From an uncultured Actinomycetota bacterium (GTDB taxonomy: Bacteria; Actinomycetota; Actinomycetes; JACCUZ01), in assembly GCA_963726615.1 (NCBI GenBank), contig CAVSCX010000003.1:292238-356237 (forward strand): a stretch of DNA of 64,000 nt, given 5' to 3'. The translations under genes and the position numbers were made by a program. Shown piece after piece: positions 10,128 through 19,620 of this stretch. Under the pieces are notes generated by a model that saw nothing but the letters and a program-made list of their open reading frames with translations, made no database searches and was not told where the DNA came from. How positions within the stretch are numbered: the stretch's first letter is position 1; every line of letters begins with the position of its first letter.

Positions 10128-10825
10128 CACGTCTGCTCCTGCGGCTGGTAGCGGTAGCCCGAGCCCCACACGGTCAGCACCCGGCGCGGGTCGGCCGGGT
10201 CGTCCTCCAGCTTCCCGCGGAGCCGGCGCACGTGCACCGTCACCGTGGACTCGTCGCCGACGGTCCAGCCCCACACGCTGGCCAGCAGCTCCTTGCGGGA
10301 GAACACCTGCCCGGGGTTGCTGAGGAAGAAGGCGAGCAGGTCGAACTCGCGGGTGGTGAGCGTGAGCTCGGCCCCGGACCGGACCGCGTGGCGGGCGCCG
10401 AGGTCGACGACAAGGTCGCCGTCGCGCTGGAGGCCGACCTGCCGGGTTCCGGCCGAGCCGCGGGCCCGGCGCAGCACGGCCCGGACCCGCAGGGTCAGCT
10501 CGCGGGGGCTGAACGGCTTGGTCACGTAGTCGTCCGCGCCGACCTCCAGGCCGGCGACCCTGTCGTTCTCCGCGCCGAGCGCGGTGAGCAGGACCACCGG
10601 CGTCGTGACCGACTGGCGCAGCCGCCGACAGACCTCGAGCCCGTCCAGGCCGGGCAGCATGATGTCGAGCACGACAAGGTCCGGCTTGCCGTTGAGGGCG
10701 CGGTGCAGGGCGGTCGGCCCGTCGGTGACGTGCTCGACCTCGTGGCCGTCGCGGACGAGGTAGCGGGCGACGACGTCGGCGATCGTCGGGTCGTCCTCGG
10801 CGAGCAGGATCCTGGTGCGCGCCAC
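10127..10825 (-). CDS. OmpR-family response regulator
   Basis: 232 aa, GTG start preceded by GGAGG. ILLAEDDP...DLVVLDIMLPGLDG receiver. Winged-helix C-terminus (TVWGSGYRY). Confidence 0.85.
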   Translation of the reverse strand: MARTRILLAEDDPTIADVVARYLVRDGHEVEHVTDGPTALHRALNGKPDLVVLDIMLPGLDGLEVCRRLRQSVTTPVVLLTALGAENDRVAGLEVGADDYVTKPFSPRELTLRVRAVLRRARGSAGTRQVGLQRDGDLVVDLGARHAVRSGAELTLTTREFDLLAFFLSNPGQVFSRKELLASVWGWTVGDESTVTVHVRRLRGKLEDDPADPRRVLTVWGSGYRYQPQEQT

Positions 10826-10895
10826 GACCGGACCTCCCTCCGCACGACGGCTCTGCCCCGACGCTAGGCCAGCGACGGCCCCGCTGCCCGGTCCG

Positions 10896-11969
10896 TCACC
10901 GACCTGTAAGACCTGGCGGAGCAGTGCGAGCGCCGCCGTCACCTGCCTCGGCCGCGAAGTCCGCCATCCCCTCGGCCAGCCGGACCGCGGCCCGGAACCC
11001 GAGGTCCTGTCCCGCCCGGGCCGGGGAGGCGACCACGTGCCGGACGTCGCCGAGCCGGAACTCGCCGGTGACCACCGGCGCCGGACCGCCGAGGGCGTCG
11101 GCCAGTGCCGCTGCCATCCCTCCGACCGTCTCCGGCCGCCCGCTCGCCACGTTGTACGCGGTGACCCGTCCCGACTCGGCCTCCGGGTGCTCGAGCGCGA
11201 GCCGGTTCGCCACGGCGACGTCGCGCACGTGGACGAAGTCGCGCAGCTGTCCCCCGTCCTCGAAGACGCGGGGCGGCTCGCCGCGCAGCAGGGCGGACCG
11301 GAACAGCGCCGCGACACCGGCGTACGGCGTGTCCCGCGGCAGCCGGCGGCCGTAGACGTTGTGGTAGCGCAGCGCCACCGCGGACCCGCCGGTGACCCCG
11401 GCCCAGGTCGCTGCCAGGTGCTCCTGGGCGACCTTGGTGGCGGCGTATCCGTTCCGGGGGTCGAGCGGCGCGGACTCGTCCACCTCGCGCACCGCGAGCG
11501 GCTGCGCGCAGCGCGGGCAGGCCGGCTCGAACCGGCCCCGCTCCAGGTCGGCCACCGTTCTCGGCAGCGGGCTGACGGCACCGTGGGTGGCGCAGTCGTA
11601 GCCGCCTTCGCCGTAGACGACCATGGACGAGGCGAGGACGAGCCGGTCGACGTCCGCGCCGGCCAGGGCCGCGAGCAGGACAGCCGTGCCCAGGTCGTTG
11701 CGCCGCACGTAGTCGGCCAGGTCGGCGACGCCCTGCCCGAGCCCCACCTTCGCGGCCTGGTGGCTGACCGCGTCGACGCCGGCGACCGCCGCGGCCACCA
11801 CCTGCGGGTCGGCCAGGTCGCCGACCCGCAGCTCGACGCCGTCGGGCAGGTGGTCGCGGGTCGAGGTGGACAGGTCGTCGAGCACGCGCACGTCGTGGCC
11901 AGCCGCACGCAGCTCCTCGACGACGTGCGAGCCGACGAAGCCGCAGCCGCCGGTGACCAGGACGTGCAT
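10896..11969 (-). CDS. NAD-dependent epimerase/dehydratase (UDP-glucose 4-epimerase-like SDR)
   Basis: 357 aa from MHVLVTGGCGFVGSHV (Rossmann GxxGxxG). AGGAGG RBS. YxxxK in YAATKVAQE. Confidence 0.8.
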   Translation of the reverse strand: MHVLVTGGCGFVGSHVVEELRAAGHDVRVLDDLSTSTRDHLPDGVELRVGDLADPQVVAAAVAGVDAVSHQAAKVGLGQGVADLADYVRRNDLGTAVLLAALAGADVDRLVLASSMVVYGEGGYDCATHGAVSPLPRTVADLERGRFEPACPRCAQPLAVREVDESAPLDPRNGYAATKVAQEHLAATWAGVTGGSAVALRYHNVYGRRLPRDTPYAGVAALFRSALLRGEPPRVFEDGGQLRDFVHVRDVAVANRLALEHPEAESGRVTAYNVASGRPETVGGMAAALADALGGPAPVVTGEFRLGDVRHVVASPARAGQDLGFRAAVRLAEGMADFAAEAGDGGARTAPPGLTGR

Positions 11970-12085
11970 AGGCTCCTCCTCGTGGCGACACTCGGCTCGA
12001 CTGACGTTCCGGACGAGCGAAGCATGCCCGATGCCGCTGCCGCTGCCGGTCCTCAAGCCGGTGCAGGGCCCATGGCGACTCCCGC

Positions 12086-12862
12086 GTGAGCCCACGCCGC
12101 CGGCTGTTCGTCGTCGCGGTGGCCCTGGTCGCCGTGCTCGTCGCGGTGATCGCGGCAGTCCTGGTCCGGCAGGACGGTGACGGCACGGACGCCGTCGCCC
12201 AGGCCCGGCCCGGCCCGGTGCTGCTCGTCCCCGGGTACGGCGGCGGCGTGACCGCGCTCGACCGGCTGGCCGAGGTGCTGCGGGCCGCCGGTCGCGAGGC
12301 CACGGTGGTGACCCTGCCCGGCGACGGGACCGGTCCGCTGGCGGCCCAAGCGGCGGCGCTCGCGGCCCAGGCCGCAGCGGCGGTGGCGGGAGGAGCGCCG
12401 TCGGTCGACGTCGTCGGCTACTCGGCCGGCGGCGTCGTCGCGCGGCTCTGGGTCGCCGAGCAGGGCGGGGCGGCGCTGGCGCGGCGGGTGGTGACGCTGG
12501 GCTCCCCCCAGCACGGCACCGAGATCGCCGGGCTGGCAAGCGTCCTGGCGCCGGGGTCGTGCCCGGCGGCCTGCCAGGAGCTCGCCCCCGACAGCGCGCT
12601 GCTCGGCCGGCTGAACCGCGGCGACGAGACGCCGCCGGGTCCGCGGTGGGTGAGCATCTGGAGCACGGGTGACGAGGTGGTCACCCCGCCGTCGAGCGCA
12701 TCGCTCGCGGGTGCGCTGGACATCCCGCTGCAGGACGTCTGCCCCGGCCGGCAGGTCGGGCACGGTCAGCTGCCCACCGACCCGGCGGTGCAGGCGCTGG
12801 TGGTGGCGGCACTGGGCGTGCCCGCGCCGACCCGGCCGTCGACCTGCCCGGCTGGTCGCTGA
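12086..12862 (+). CDS. Secreted alpha/beta-hydrolase lipase/esterase (PGAP1/LipA-like)
   Basis: 258 aa. Signal-anchor N-terminus. GYSAGG nucleophile-elbow variant. LVPGYGGG oxyanion region. Confidence 0.7.
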   Translation: MSPRRRLFVVAVALVAVLVAVIAAVLVRQDGDGTDAVAQARPGPVLLVPGYGGGVTALDRLAEVLRAAGREATVVTLPGDGTGPLAAQAAALAAQAAAAVAGGAPSVDVVGYSAGGVVARLWVAEQGGAALARRVVTLGSPQHGTEIAGLASVLAPGSCPAACQELAPDSALLGRLNRGDETPPGPRWVSIWSTGDEVVTPPSSASLAGALDIPLQDVCPGRQVGHGQLPTDPAVQALVVAALGVPAPTRPSTCPAGR

Positions 12863-12871
12863 CGGCCGGCG

Positions 12872-13783
12872 TCAAGCCCGGAAGTACTCGACCGACTCGG
12901 TGAGCACGACGGCGTAGCCACCGGCCGGCACCGCCGCCAGCAGCTCGGGGGCCGTGGCGGAGCGACGTGCGACCACGATCGTGTACTCCCCGCCGTAGCC
13001 CGTCAGCGCCGTCTCCGGCGAGCCGGAGTCCAGCCAGGACACCGACAGCGTGCGCCGTTCCAGGTTCCCGCCGTCGGCAGCGCTCCGGACGTACTCGGCC
13101 GACGGCAGGTCGCCGGCGCTGTAGATCCCGTCCCCGCCGATGGTCCCGGAATCGCGCGGCTGTCCGGCCAGCGGCACCCAGTAGCCGAGCAGCACCTGGT
13201 CCATCGTCATCGGGTCACGCGGCTCCCATCCGGCCGCGCGCAGGCCCGCGTCCAGAGCGCCCATCTCGGCCGGGAAGGAGTCGCCGAGCAGGGCCGCCCC
13301 GTCCGCTCCCGTCCCGTCAGGGAGGTCCGAGCCGGGCACCGGCAGCGGCACGACCCGCACCGACCCGGGCGCGGCGAGCGGCACCGACTGGGGAACCGCG
13401 ACGACGGTCCGGTGACTGCGGTGGCAGACCAGGTCGAAGTCGTCGTCGATCTTGAAGTTGTGCTGTCCGGTCCGGCAGTCGGGGGAGGACGCGGCCGAGC
13501 CGACCACGGCCGATCCCGCCGCCAGCGCCGGAGCCGCGACCCGGCCGCCCAGCCGACGGCCGCCCGTCTCGAGCGAGTCGGCCGCTCGCTCACCGGCCGC
13601 GACCACCTGCGCGTCCTCCGCCGCCGGGCCGCCGCCGCTGAACACGTCGTCCAGGCCACCCGAGACAGCGGCGACAAGCCACAGCACGAAGACACCGAGC
13701 GCGACCAGCAGGGCGACCAGGACGCCCACCACCCACAGGACGACCCGCCGTCGGGCACCGGCACCTGCTGCGCTGCTGCTCAT
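12872..13783 (-). CDS. Hypothetical membrane-anchored extracytoplasmic protein
   Basis: Start chosen at internal ATG (MSSSAAGAGARRRVVLWVVGVLVALLVALGV, signal-anchor) rather than the upstream GTG of the track ORF. No recognisable domain. Confidence 0.45.
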   Translation of the reverse strand: MSSSAAGAGARRRVVLWVVGVLVALLVALGVFVLWLVAAVSGGLDDVFSGGGPAAEDAQVVAAGERAADSLETGGRRLGGRVAAPALAAGSAVVGSAASSPDCRTGQHNFKIDDDFDLVCHRSHRTVVAVPQSVPLAAPGSVRVVPLPVPGSDLPDGTGADGAALLGDSFPAEMGALDAGLRAAGWEPRDPMTMDQVLLGYWVPLAGQPRDSGTIGGDGIYSAGDLPSAEYVRSAADGGNLERRTLSVSWLDSGSPETALTGYGGEYTIVVARRSATAPELLAAVPAGGYAVVLTESVEYFRA

Positions 13784-13987
13784 GACGTCCACGGTGCCCG
13801 TCGGCGGGCGGGCCGGGCATCCGCTCGGGTACTCAGACCGGGTGGCATCCGGGTGATGTTCGGCCGCCCGGGAGCACGAACGACGGAGGAACGGGCCACC
13901 GGACCGCCATGGGGCCGCCACCGGCGCATCGTTCCGTCGTTGGTGCCGGCTGCCGGGCTACCAGGGCGGCGGCCTCAGCCGGTGACG

Positions 13988-14809
13988 TCAGCTGGTGACG
14001 TCCTTGGTCGAGAAGCCGGCCCAGGCCAGGCCGAGGAAGACGACGGCATAGGCACCCTGCACGAGGACGCCGAGCCGGACGTCGTGCCACAGGATCGGGT
14101 CGCGGAAGAAGTCGACCCAGGCCAGCCAGTAGCGGGTGGGCAGGTACTGCTTGACCGACGACGCGGCATCCAGGGTGACCAGCACCTGGCTCATCACCAG
14201 GACGGCGAGTGCTCCGAGCGCTGCGCCCAGCGGCGAGTCGGTGAGGGTGGACAGGAACAGTGCGACGGCAGCGACGCCGAGCATCGACCAGGAGATGTAG
14301 AGGATGACCAGCACGGTGCGGGCGGTGAGCTGGGCCGGCGTGAGCGTGCTGCCGGACAGGCCGGTCACGACCTCCGCGGGAGAGCCGGGCTCCGGCACGA
14401 ACAGGTGCGTGCCGACGACGTACGCCGTGGCCGCGACGGCGGTCACCGAGACGACGAGGAACGTCATCACCGACACCAGCTTGGCGAACAGCAGCCGGGT
14501 GCGCCCGACCGGCCGGACCAGCAGGTAGCGCAGGGTGCCGGCAGCGGACTCGCCGGCCACCGCGTCACCGGCCACCACGGCCACGGCGACAGGGAGGAAC
14601 AGCGGCAGGACGATGCCCAGCGCGGCCGCCGGGAAGAGCGCCCCGTTGGCCAGCACCGCCGACAGGAACGCCGGGCCCTCGCCGGGCCGCGGGGCCACGT
14701 CGGTCGCCGCGAGGAACACCGCCACGACGGTGGGCAGCAGGCAGAGCAGCCCGATGGTCACCCAGGTCCGCGGGCGGCGGAACAGCTTGGTCAGCTCGAC
14801 GAGGGTCAT
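13988..14809 (-). CDS. ABC-2 family transporter permease
   Basis: 273 aa, 6 TM. Start overlaps ATPase stop (ATGA at 14806-14809). Confidence 0.7.
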   Translation of the reverse strand: MTLVELTKLFRRPRTWVTIGLLCLLPTVVAVFLAATDVAPRPGEGPAFLSAVLANGALFPAAALGIVLPLFLPVAVAVVAGDAVAGESAAGTLRYLLVRPVGRTRLLFAKLVSVMTFLVVSVTAVAATAYVVGTHLFVPEPGSPAEVVTGLSGSTLTPAQLTARTVLVILYISWSMLGVAAVALFLSTLTDSPLGAALGALAVLVMSQVLVTLDAASSVKQYLPTRYWLAWVDFFRDPILWHDVRLGVLVQGAYAVVFLGLAWAGFSTKDVTS

Positions 14810-15747
14810 CGTCCGGCCGCACCGGGACCGTCACCGGCGACGCGGTCCGAGCCAGGACCGGTGAGCTCCAGGACGACCTCCTCGAGTGTGCGCCGCTCGG
14901 CGCGCAGCTCGGCGAGTCGGACGCCGCTCGCGACGAGCAGCCCCGCCAGCTCGTGCGGATTCGGGTGCCGGACCAGGAGCAGGTCGCCGTCGCGGTGCTC
15001 GACCCGGCCGTCCAGGACGGCCACGGCGGCGTCCGGGTCGGGCGTGCGGACCACGACGCGGCCGGTCGGCGCCTGCATGGCGGCGATGTCGTCCTGGGCG
15101 ACGAGCCGGCCGGCCTGCAGGACACCCACCCTGGTGCACAGGCTCTCGACCTCGCTGAGCAGGTGGCTCGAGACGAACAGCGTGGTGCCGCCGCGGTTGA
15201 GGTCGAGCAGCAGGTCCCGGACCTCCCGGATCCCCTGCGGGTCCAGGCCGTTGGTCGGCTCGTCCAGCACCAGCAGCTGCGGCCGGCGAAGCAGTGCGCC
15301 GGCCAGCCCGAGCCGGGCCCGCATGCCGAGCGAGTAGGCCTTGACCGGCCGGCGCCCGATGCCGTCGAGCCCGACCTGCTCCAGCGCCGCGGCGATCCGT
15401 CGTCGCCGGGTACGCCGGCTGCCGCCCGGCCCGGCGGCATCGAGCAGCGCCAGGTTGGCGCGCGCGGAGAGGTGGCCGTAGGCGGCGGGGCCCTCGATCA
15501 GCGCTCCGACGTCAGGGAGGGCGCCCCGGGCCGGACCCGGCATCCGGCGGCCGAGCAGCTGCACCGAGCCGGCCGTGGGGTAGACCAGGCCGAGCAGCAT
15601 CCGCACCGTGGTGGTCTTGCCGGAGCCGTTCGGGCCGAGGAAGCCGTACCGGTCCCCCTCGGCCACCTCGAGGGACACGTCGTCGACGGCGAGCACGCGG
15701 CCGAAACGCTTGGTGAGCCCCTCGGTGACGATGGCGGGGCGGGTCAT
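14806..15747 (-). CDS. ABC transporter ATP-binding protein
   Basis: Start at MTRPAIVTEGLTKRFG. Walker A GPNGSGKTT. Signature YSLGMRARLG. Walker B LLVLDEPT. Confidence 0.85.
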   Translation of the reverse strand: MTRPAIVTEGLTKRFGRVLAVDDVSLEVAEGDRYGFLGPNGSGKTTTVRMLLGLVYPTAGSVQLLGRRMPGPARGALPDVGALIEGPAAYGHLSARANLALLDAAGPGGSRRTRRRRIAAALEQVGLDGIGRRPVKAYSLGMRARLGLAGALLRRPQLLVLDEPTNGLDPQGIREVRDLLLDLNRGGTTLFVSSHLLSEVESLCTRVGVLQAGRLVAQDDIAAMQAPTGRVVVRTPDPDAAVAVLDGRVEHRDGDLLLVRHPNPHELAGLLVASGVRLAELRAERRTLEEVVLELTGPGSDRVAGDGPGAAGR

Positions 15748-15760
15748 CCCTGGGTCGCGT

Positions 15761-16903
15761 TCATCGCAGCGACGGAGGGTTGTCGAGCAGGTCGCGGGCG
15801 GCATCCTGCAGCACTGCCGGGACGACGGTGCCGGCCAGCAGGTAGGACCGGCGGCCCCGGCCAGGGGTGGCGGAGCGCACGACGACGGCGTTGAGCAGCG
15901 GGGTTCCGATCAGCACCGCATCGCCGCCGGTGCCGACGTCAAGCGGTAGGCCGCCTCCGGCGGTGGCGGCCTCCGAGGCCGACCGGCCGAGCCGGTCCCA
16001 CAACGGCAGCACGACGAACCGGGCGAGGCCGCGCCCGTAGGTGGCGGAGCCGCCGCCACCGCCCAGCAGCCCGGGGCTGCGGCCGGAGCCGGCCAGCCGG
16101 GTCGGGAGCGCGAACGGCGCGTACCTGTCGACGGCCGTGGCGAGATCGGGGGTCACCGTCGTGCGCACGCGGGCCGAGGGCGGCACCCGGGGGCGGACCG
16201 TTCGGGCGGGCGGTCGGTCGAAGGACACCTCGACGAACGTCGTGCGCAGCGCGGGGGCGTCACTGCCCCGCGGCACCACCAGCAGCGAGAGCGGCAGCCC
16301 GGTGGCGGTGTCGACGTACAGGTCCAGCCGGCCCACCGTGCTCGACTCGTCGGCCGGCACGATGCGGACGCCGTCGGCGTCCCGGCCGGCCACCCGCCGA
16401 GCCGGCAGCGGCGTGACCCGGTCCCGCCGGCTGACTCCGGCCAGCGCGCGCCGGGCCGCCTGCGGCGGCAGCAGGTCGTCGACCCGGGGCAGGCGCACCG
16501 GCGAGACCCCCACCTGCTGGACGACCGCCGAGGACTCGAAGTCCCAGGTCTGCACGCCGCCGGGGATCGCATAGCTGCCGGACTCGCCGGTCGGGGTGAT
16601 CCGGTCGACCCGCCAGGACTGCGACGACCGCCACCAGACCCGGGCGCGGGTGGTGCCACCCAGGAGCGCGGCCACGTTGCCCAGCCGCGGGAGGTCCGGC
16701 AGGCCGAGCGTGCCGGTGCTGTCGGCCAGGCCGGCGTGTGCGACGCCGGCCGAGTGCCGGGCCGTCGCCACCAGCTGCTGCGGGGTCCGGCCGGACTCGT
16801 GCGCCGGCAGCCGGGCGTACGCAGGCGGGGCGAGCGCGACCGCGGTCATCCCCACGAGGGCGAGGGCCCACCGGCGGGCGGTCCCCGCCGTGACCACGCT
16901 CAT
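15761..16903 (-). CDS. Secreted hypothetical protein (signal peptide; possible lipoprotein-carrier-like accessory of the ABC exporter)
   Basis: 380 aa. N-terminal MSVVTAGTARRWALALVGMTAVALAPPAYA signal. Immediately upstream of the ABC ATPase/permease. Confidence 0.5.
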   Translation of the reverse strand: MSVVTAGTARRWALALVGMTAVALAPPAYARLPAHESGRTPQQLVATARHSAGVAHAGLADSTGTLGLPDLPRLGNVAALLGGTTRARVWWRSSQSWRVDRITPTGESGSYAIPGGVQTWDFESSAVVQQVGVSPVRLPRVDDLLPPQAARRALAGVSRRDRVTPLPARRVAGRDADGVRIVPADESSTVGRLDLYVDTATGLPLSLLVVPRGSDAPALRTTFVEVSFDRPPARTVRPRVPPSARVRTTVTPDLATAVDRYAPFALPTRLAGSGRSPGLLGGGGGSATYGRGLARFVVLPLWDRLGRSASEAATAGGGLPLDVGTGGDAVLIGTPLLNAVVVRSATPGRGRRSYLLAGTVVPAVLQDAARDLLDNPPSLR

Positions 16904-16939
16904 GCCCCCACGCTACGTCGCGCCCGGGCCGCCGGCGGA

Positions 16940-17380
16940 TCACGACCTCCGGTCGCCACCCGCGAGGTCGGGGCCACGGTCGGGCAGCCTGCGCTCGATG
17001 GTGGCGAGCCGCTGCTCGAGCGAGGCGAGCGCGCGGAGGATCGCCGCGTCGGTGGCCTCGTCGCGGATGTCGCGGGGCTGCTCCTCCTCCCGGACGAACA
17101 GCGCCGCGAGCGACGCGCTGACCATCGCGAGCAGCAGGAAGCCAAGGATCATGAGCACGGCCGACAGCACCTGCCCCGAGACCGTCTCCGGCGGCTCACC
17201 GACGAAGCCCACCGTGGTGAGCAGGCTGACCGCCCACCACAGGCCGGCCCAGTACGACGTCACGGTGCGCGACTCGATCGCGGCGGAGGCACCGGCCGCC
17301 ACGACCACCACCACGATCGCGCCGGTCAGCGCCGGGACCAGCCACGTCGCATCGAGATGGGGCCGCCGAATCTTCGCCAT
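16940..17380 (-). CDS. Small two-TM ion channel (Ion_trans_2 / K+-channel-like pore)
   Basis: Start at MAKIRRPHLD. Pore-helix/filter-like WWAVSLLTTVGFVGE with a non-canonical filter. Confidence 0.55.
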   Translation of the reverse strand: MAKIRRPHLDATWLVPALTGAIVVVVVAAGASAAIESRTVTSYWAGLWWAVSLLTTVGFVGEPPETVSGQVLSAVLMILGFLLLAMVSASLAALFVREEEQPRDIRDEATDAAILRALASLEQRLATIERRLPDRGPDLAGGDRRS

Positions 17381-17399
17381 GGGTGTCCTCACACTCGGG

Positions 17400-17758
17400 C
17401 CGGGTGGCCGGTGCCGGCGCTTGTTGCCTCCGGTAGCGACGACCCGACGACCACGATCGTCTACCACCGGCCGGAGGAGCCGCGACTCGTGGGAGCGCGC
17501 ACGCGCGGCCCCGTCGAGATCGCCCGGGCACTCGTCGGGCACCTGCGCTCCGCTTCGGCCGAGCCCGTCGTGTACGCCGAGCTGCCCGGGTCACAGCACG
17601 GCTTCGACGTGTTCCGGTCGGTCCGCTACGAGGCCGTGCTCGACGGCGTCGATGTCTTCCTCGATCACGTCCTGACGGTCGCCGGCCGGCCGCGGGCTGA
17701 GCGGCCAGACGGCGGGCTCGCCGCCGGCCAACCTCGGATCAGCCGCGCAAGGCCTTGA
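17400..17758 (+). pseudogene. C-terminal remnant of an alpha/beta-hydrolase-3 esterase (catalytic His region only)
   Basis: Tail of the track ORF 16736..17758 reads ...LVASGSDDP...VVYAELPGSQHGFDVF..., the conserved C-terminal Asp/His block of fold-3 esterases. No N-terminal nucleophile region is present. Confidence 0.35.
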
Positions 17759-17945
17759 AAGCGTCGTACACGAGCAGCGCAGGCCAGACCAGCGCCTTGA
17801 GGACGGCCAGCAGGTACTCGACGAACGAGTCGGCCTGCCGCCAGAAGAACACGAGGGCGCCGACCAGCCCGAGCCCATAGACGGCGCCGCCGCCTCCGGT
17901 GCCGGCCTGGCTCGCCCGGCGCCCGCGGCGTCCGGTGTCGGTCAT
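17739..17945 (-). CDS. Small hypothetical membrane protein (68 aa)
   Basis: Gly-rich N-terminus followed by a hydrophobic helix. Compact ORF with no overlap with other calls. Confidence 0.35.
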   Translation of the reverse strand: MTDTGRRGRRASQAGTGGGGAVYGLGLVGALVFFWRQADSFVEYLLAVLKALVWPALLVYDAFKALRG

Positions 17946-18456
17946 GGCGAGCTCCCTCCTGCCGTTTTCGTCTCACATCGTCGCCGCGTCACGGGCCGGC
18001 TCGCTAGGGCCATCAGACCCGAGATCGACCCAGGTGCCGTGGTGACGCCGTGCTCATGATCTTCGGCCTCTGCCGGCGGCACCGGGCGATGGCAAGGCCG
18101 ACGCTCCGACTCGACTTCATCTGGGCTGACGACTCCGGAACCTTCCATGACGCATGGCAGCGGGTGGGTCGTCGCCAGCGCTCGTCGGGCACGGACGTCG
18201 CCGAGGGATACAGCCCGAGCCAGCGACCGAACAACCGTGACATGAGTCCCCGCGGGCGAGCCTGGTGGCGTGGGCAGCGGCATCGCTGGTTCGCGGGACC
18301 CGCGCAGGACCTTGTCGATGTGGTGGCCTCAGCAGGCGTTGGTGGGCCTGCGGCAGGTCGGCACGTGAGGCGCCGGCGTCGGCCCACGAGGTCGTGGTGG
18401 TGGAGACCGGTGCAGCGCTGAGGCGCTTCGGCGTTCTGAGCAGCCGACAACAACGG

Positions 18457-18529
18457 TGGAGCTGAGGGGACTCGAACCCCTGACCCCCTCGTTGCGAACG
18501 AGGTGCGCTACCAGCTGCGCTACAGCCCC
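18457..18529 (-). tRNA. tRNA-Ala (anticodon CGC), CCA not encoded
   Basis: Reverse complement folds as GGGGCUG / D-arm GCGCAGCUGGUAGCGC / anticodon arm CCUCG-UUCGCAA-CGAGG / T-arm AGGGGUUCGAGUCCCCU / CAGCUCC+A. G3-U70 present. Confidence 0.85.
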
Positions 18530-18563
18530 TGGTGGAGACGTCGAGGTTATCAGGGGGCTGTGC

Positions 18564-19433
18564 TCAGTCGTTCACCGCGCGGCGCTCGATGATGGCTCCG
18601 AGCTGCTCCTCGGCCGAGTCGGCGTCGTCGACAAGCGCGGACATCCCGGAGCGTGGCGCCGCTGTCGGCTCCACCGTGGCGGCCGGGGCGGACGGAGCGT
18701 CTGTGGAGACCGCGGGCTGCGCGCGTCGGGGCGCGACCGGCTTGCTCACGTAGGTGGGCAGCGGCACCGGGACGGGGTCCCACCGGCCGGCCTCGTCGGC
18801 GGCTCGCCGCTCCTCCTGGTCGCGCAGCCGTCGCTCGGCCTCCTCCGCGGCGGCCCAGCGGGCGTCCTCGGCGGCGCGCTCCTCGGCCAGCTCCCGGCGT
18901 ACCGACATCAGCCTGTCGAGAGAGTCGAAGCGCAGCAGGCGCGAGGACATGCTGCGCCGGACGGCCTCCCTGGACCGCGTGACCTCACGGCTGCTGCGGA
19001 CCTGGGCGCGCAGGTGGGCGATGTCGGCGAGCGTGAGGACCAGCAGCGTCACCGGCGCCCACCAGGGCACCGCCGTCAGCGGGGAGAGAACCGTCGCGAC
19101 GAACGTCGAGAGCAGCAGCCCGGCAAGCACCCGGCGCCGGCGGACGGCGGCTCTGCTTGCCCGGCGCGGCCGGACGGAGGCGCCGCGCTGTGCAGGCAGC
19201 GGCGTCCGGGCCGGAAGGGTCGCTCGCGGGGCCGCCGGCCTGGGCGGCATGACCACCTGGCGCCGGTCCGGCGTGGCCTCTCGGCGCGAGAGGATCCGCA
19301 TCGCCTGGTCGAACTTCTCCACCGACCTCGTCTCGGAGAGCTCCTCGTGCCTGCGCAGCCAGCGGGGGATGAAGTACGCAGCCCACATCACGATGATGAC
19401 CGCGTAGATGATCCCGCTCCCCACCCGCGTCAC
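18564..19433 (-). CDS. Conserved transmembrane protein (Rv0996-like), two TM plus charged coiled-coil region
   Basis: Start placed at GTG before VGSGIIYAVIIVMWAAYF. Syntenic position after the rimJ-like gene as in mycobacteria. Confidence 0.5.
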   Translation of the reverse strand: MTRVGSGIIYAVIIVMWAAYFIPRWLRRHEELSETRSVEKFDQAMRILSRREATPDRRQVVMPPRPAAPRATLPARTPLPAQRGASVRPRRASRAAVRRRRVLAGLLLSTFVATVLSPLTAVPWWAPVTLLVLTLADIAHLRAQVRSSREVTRSREAVRRSMSSRLLRFDSLDRLMSVRRELAEERAAEDARWAAAEEAERRLRDQEERRAADEAGRWDPVPVPLPTYVSKPVAPRRAQPAVSTDAPSAPAATVEPTAAPRSGMSALVDDADSAEEQLGAIIERRAVND

Positions 19434-19545
19434 GGTAGGACGACTCCGCGTCACGGCCAGGGACCTGGACCGGTGTGTCGCACGATCAGTCCTGTGGCTG
19501 GTGTGACGAGTGTGACTCGACCGCCGCCGGTCGCAACCAACTGTC

Positions 19546-19599
19546 GAGTGGCGCGCTGTTGCAGTTTCCGCGCTCGAAAACTGCAACAACGCGCCACTC
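19546..19599. terminator. 22-bp near-perfect inverted repeat (stem-loop), putative intrinsic terminator/attenuator
   Basis: GAGTGGCGCGCTGTTGCAGTTT-(11 nt)-AAACTGCAACAACGCGCCACTC with 1 mismatch. Lies 22 nt downstream of the rimJ-like stop and upstream of the Rv0996-like start. Confidence 0.45.
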
Positions 19600-19620
19600 A
19601 GGGCGGGAGGCGGGCCACGG

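Noticed and set aside
13412-15337. 641-aa + strand ORF across the ABC transporter genes
   Set aside because: Antisense to Walker-motif-containing ABC ATPase and permease. Composition is Arg/Gly/Asp repeats.
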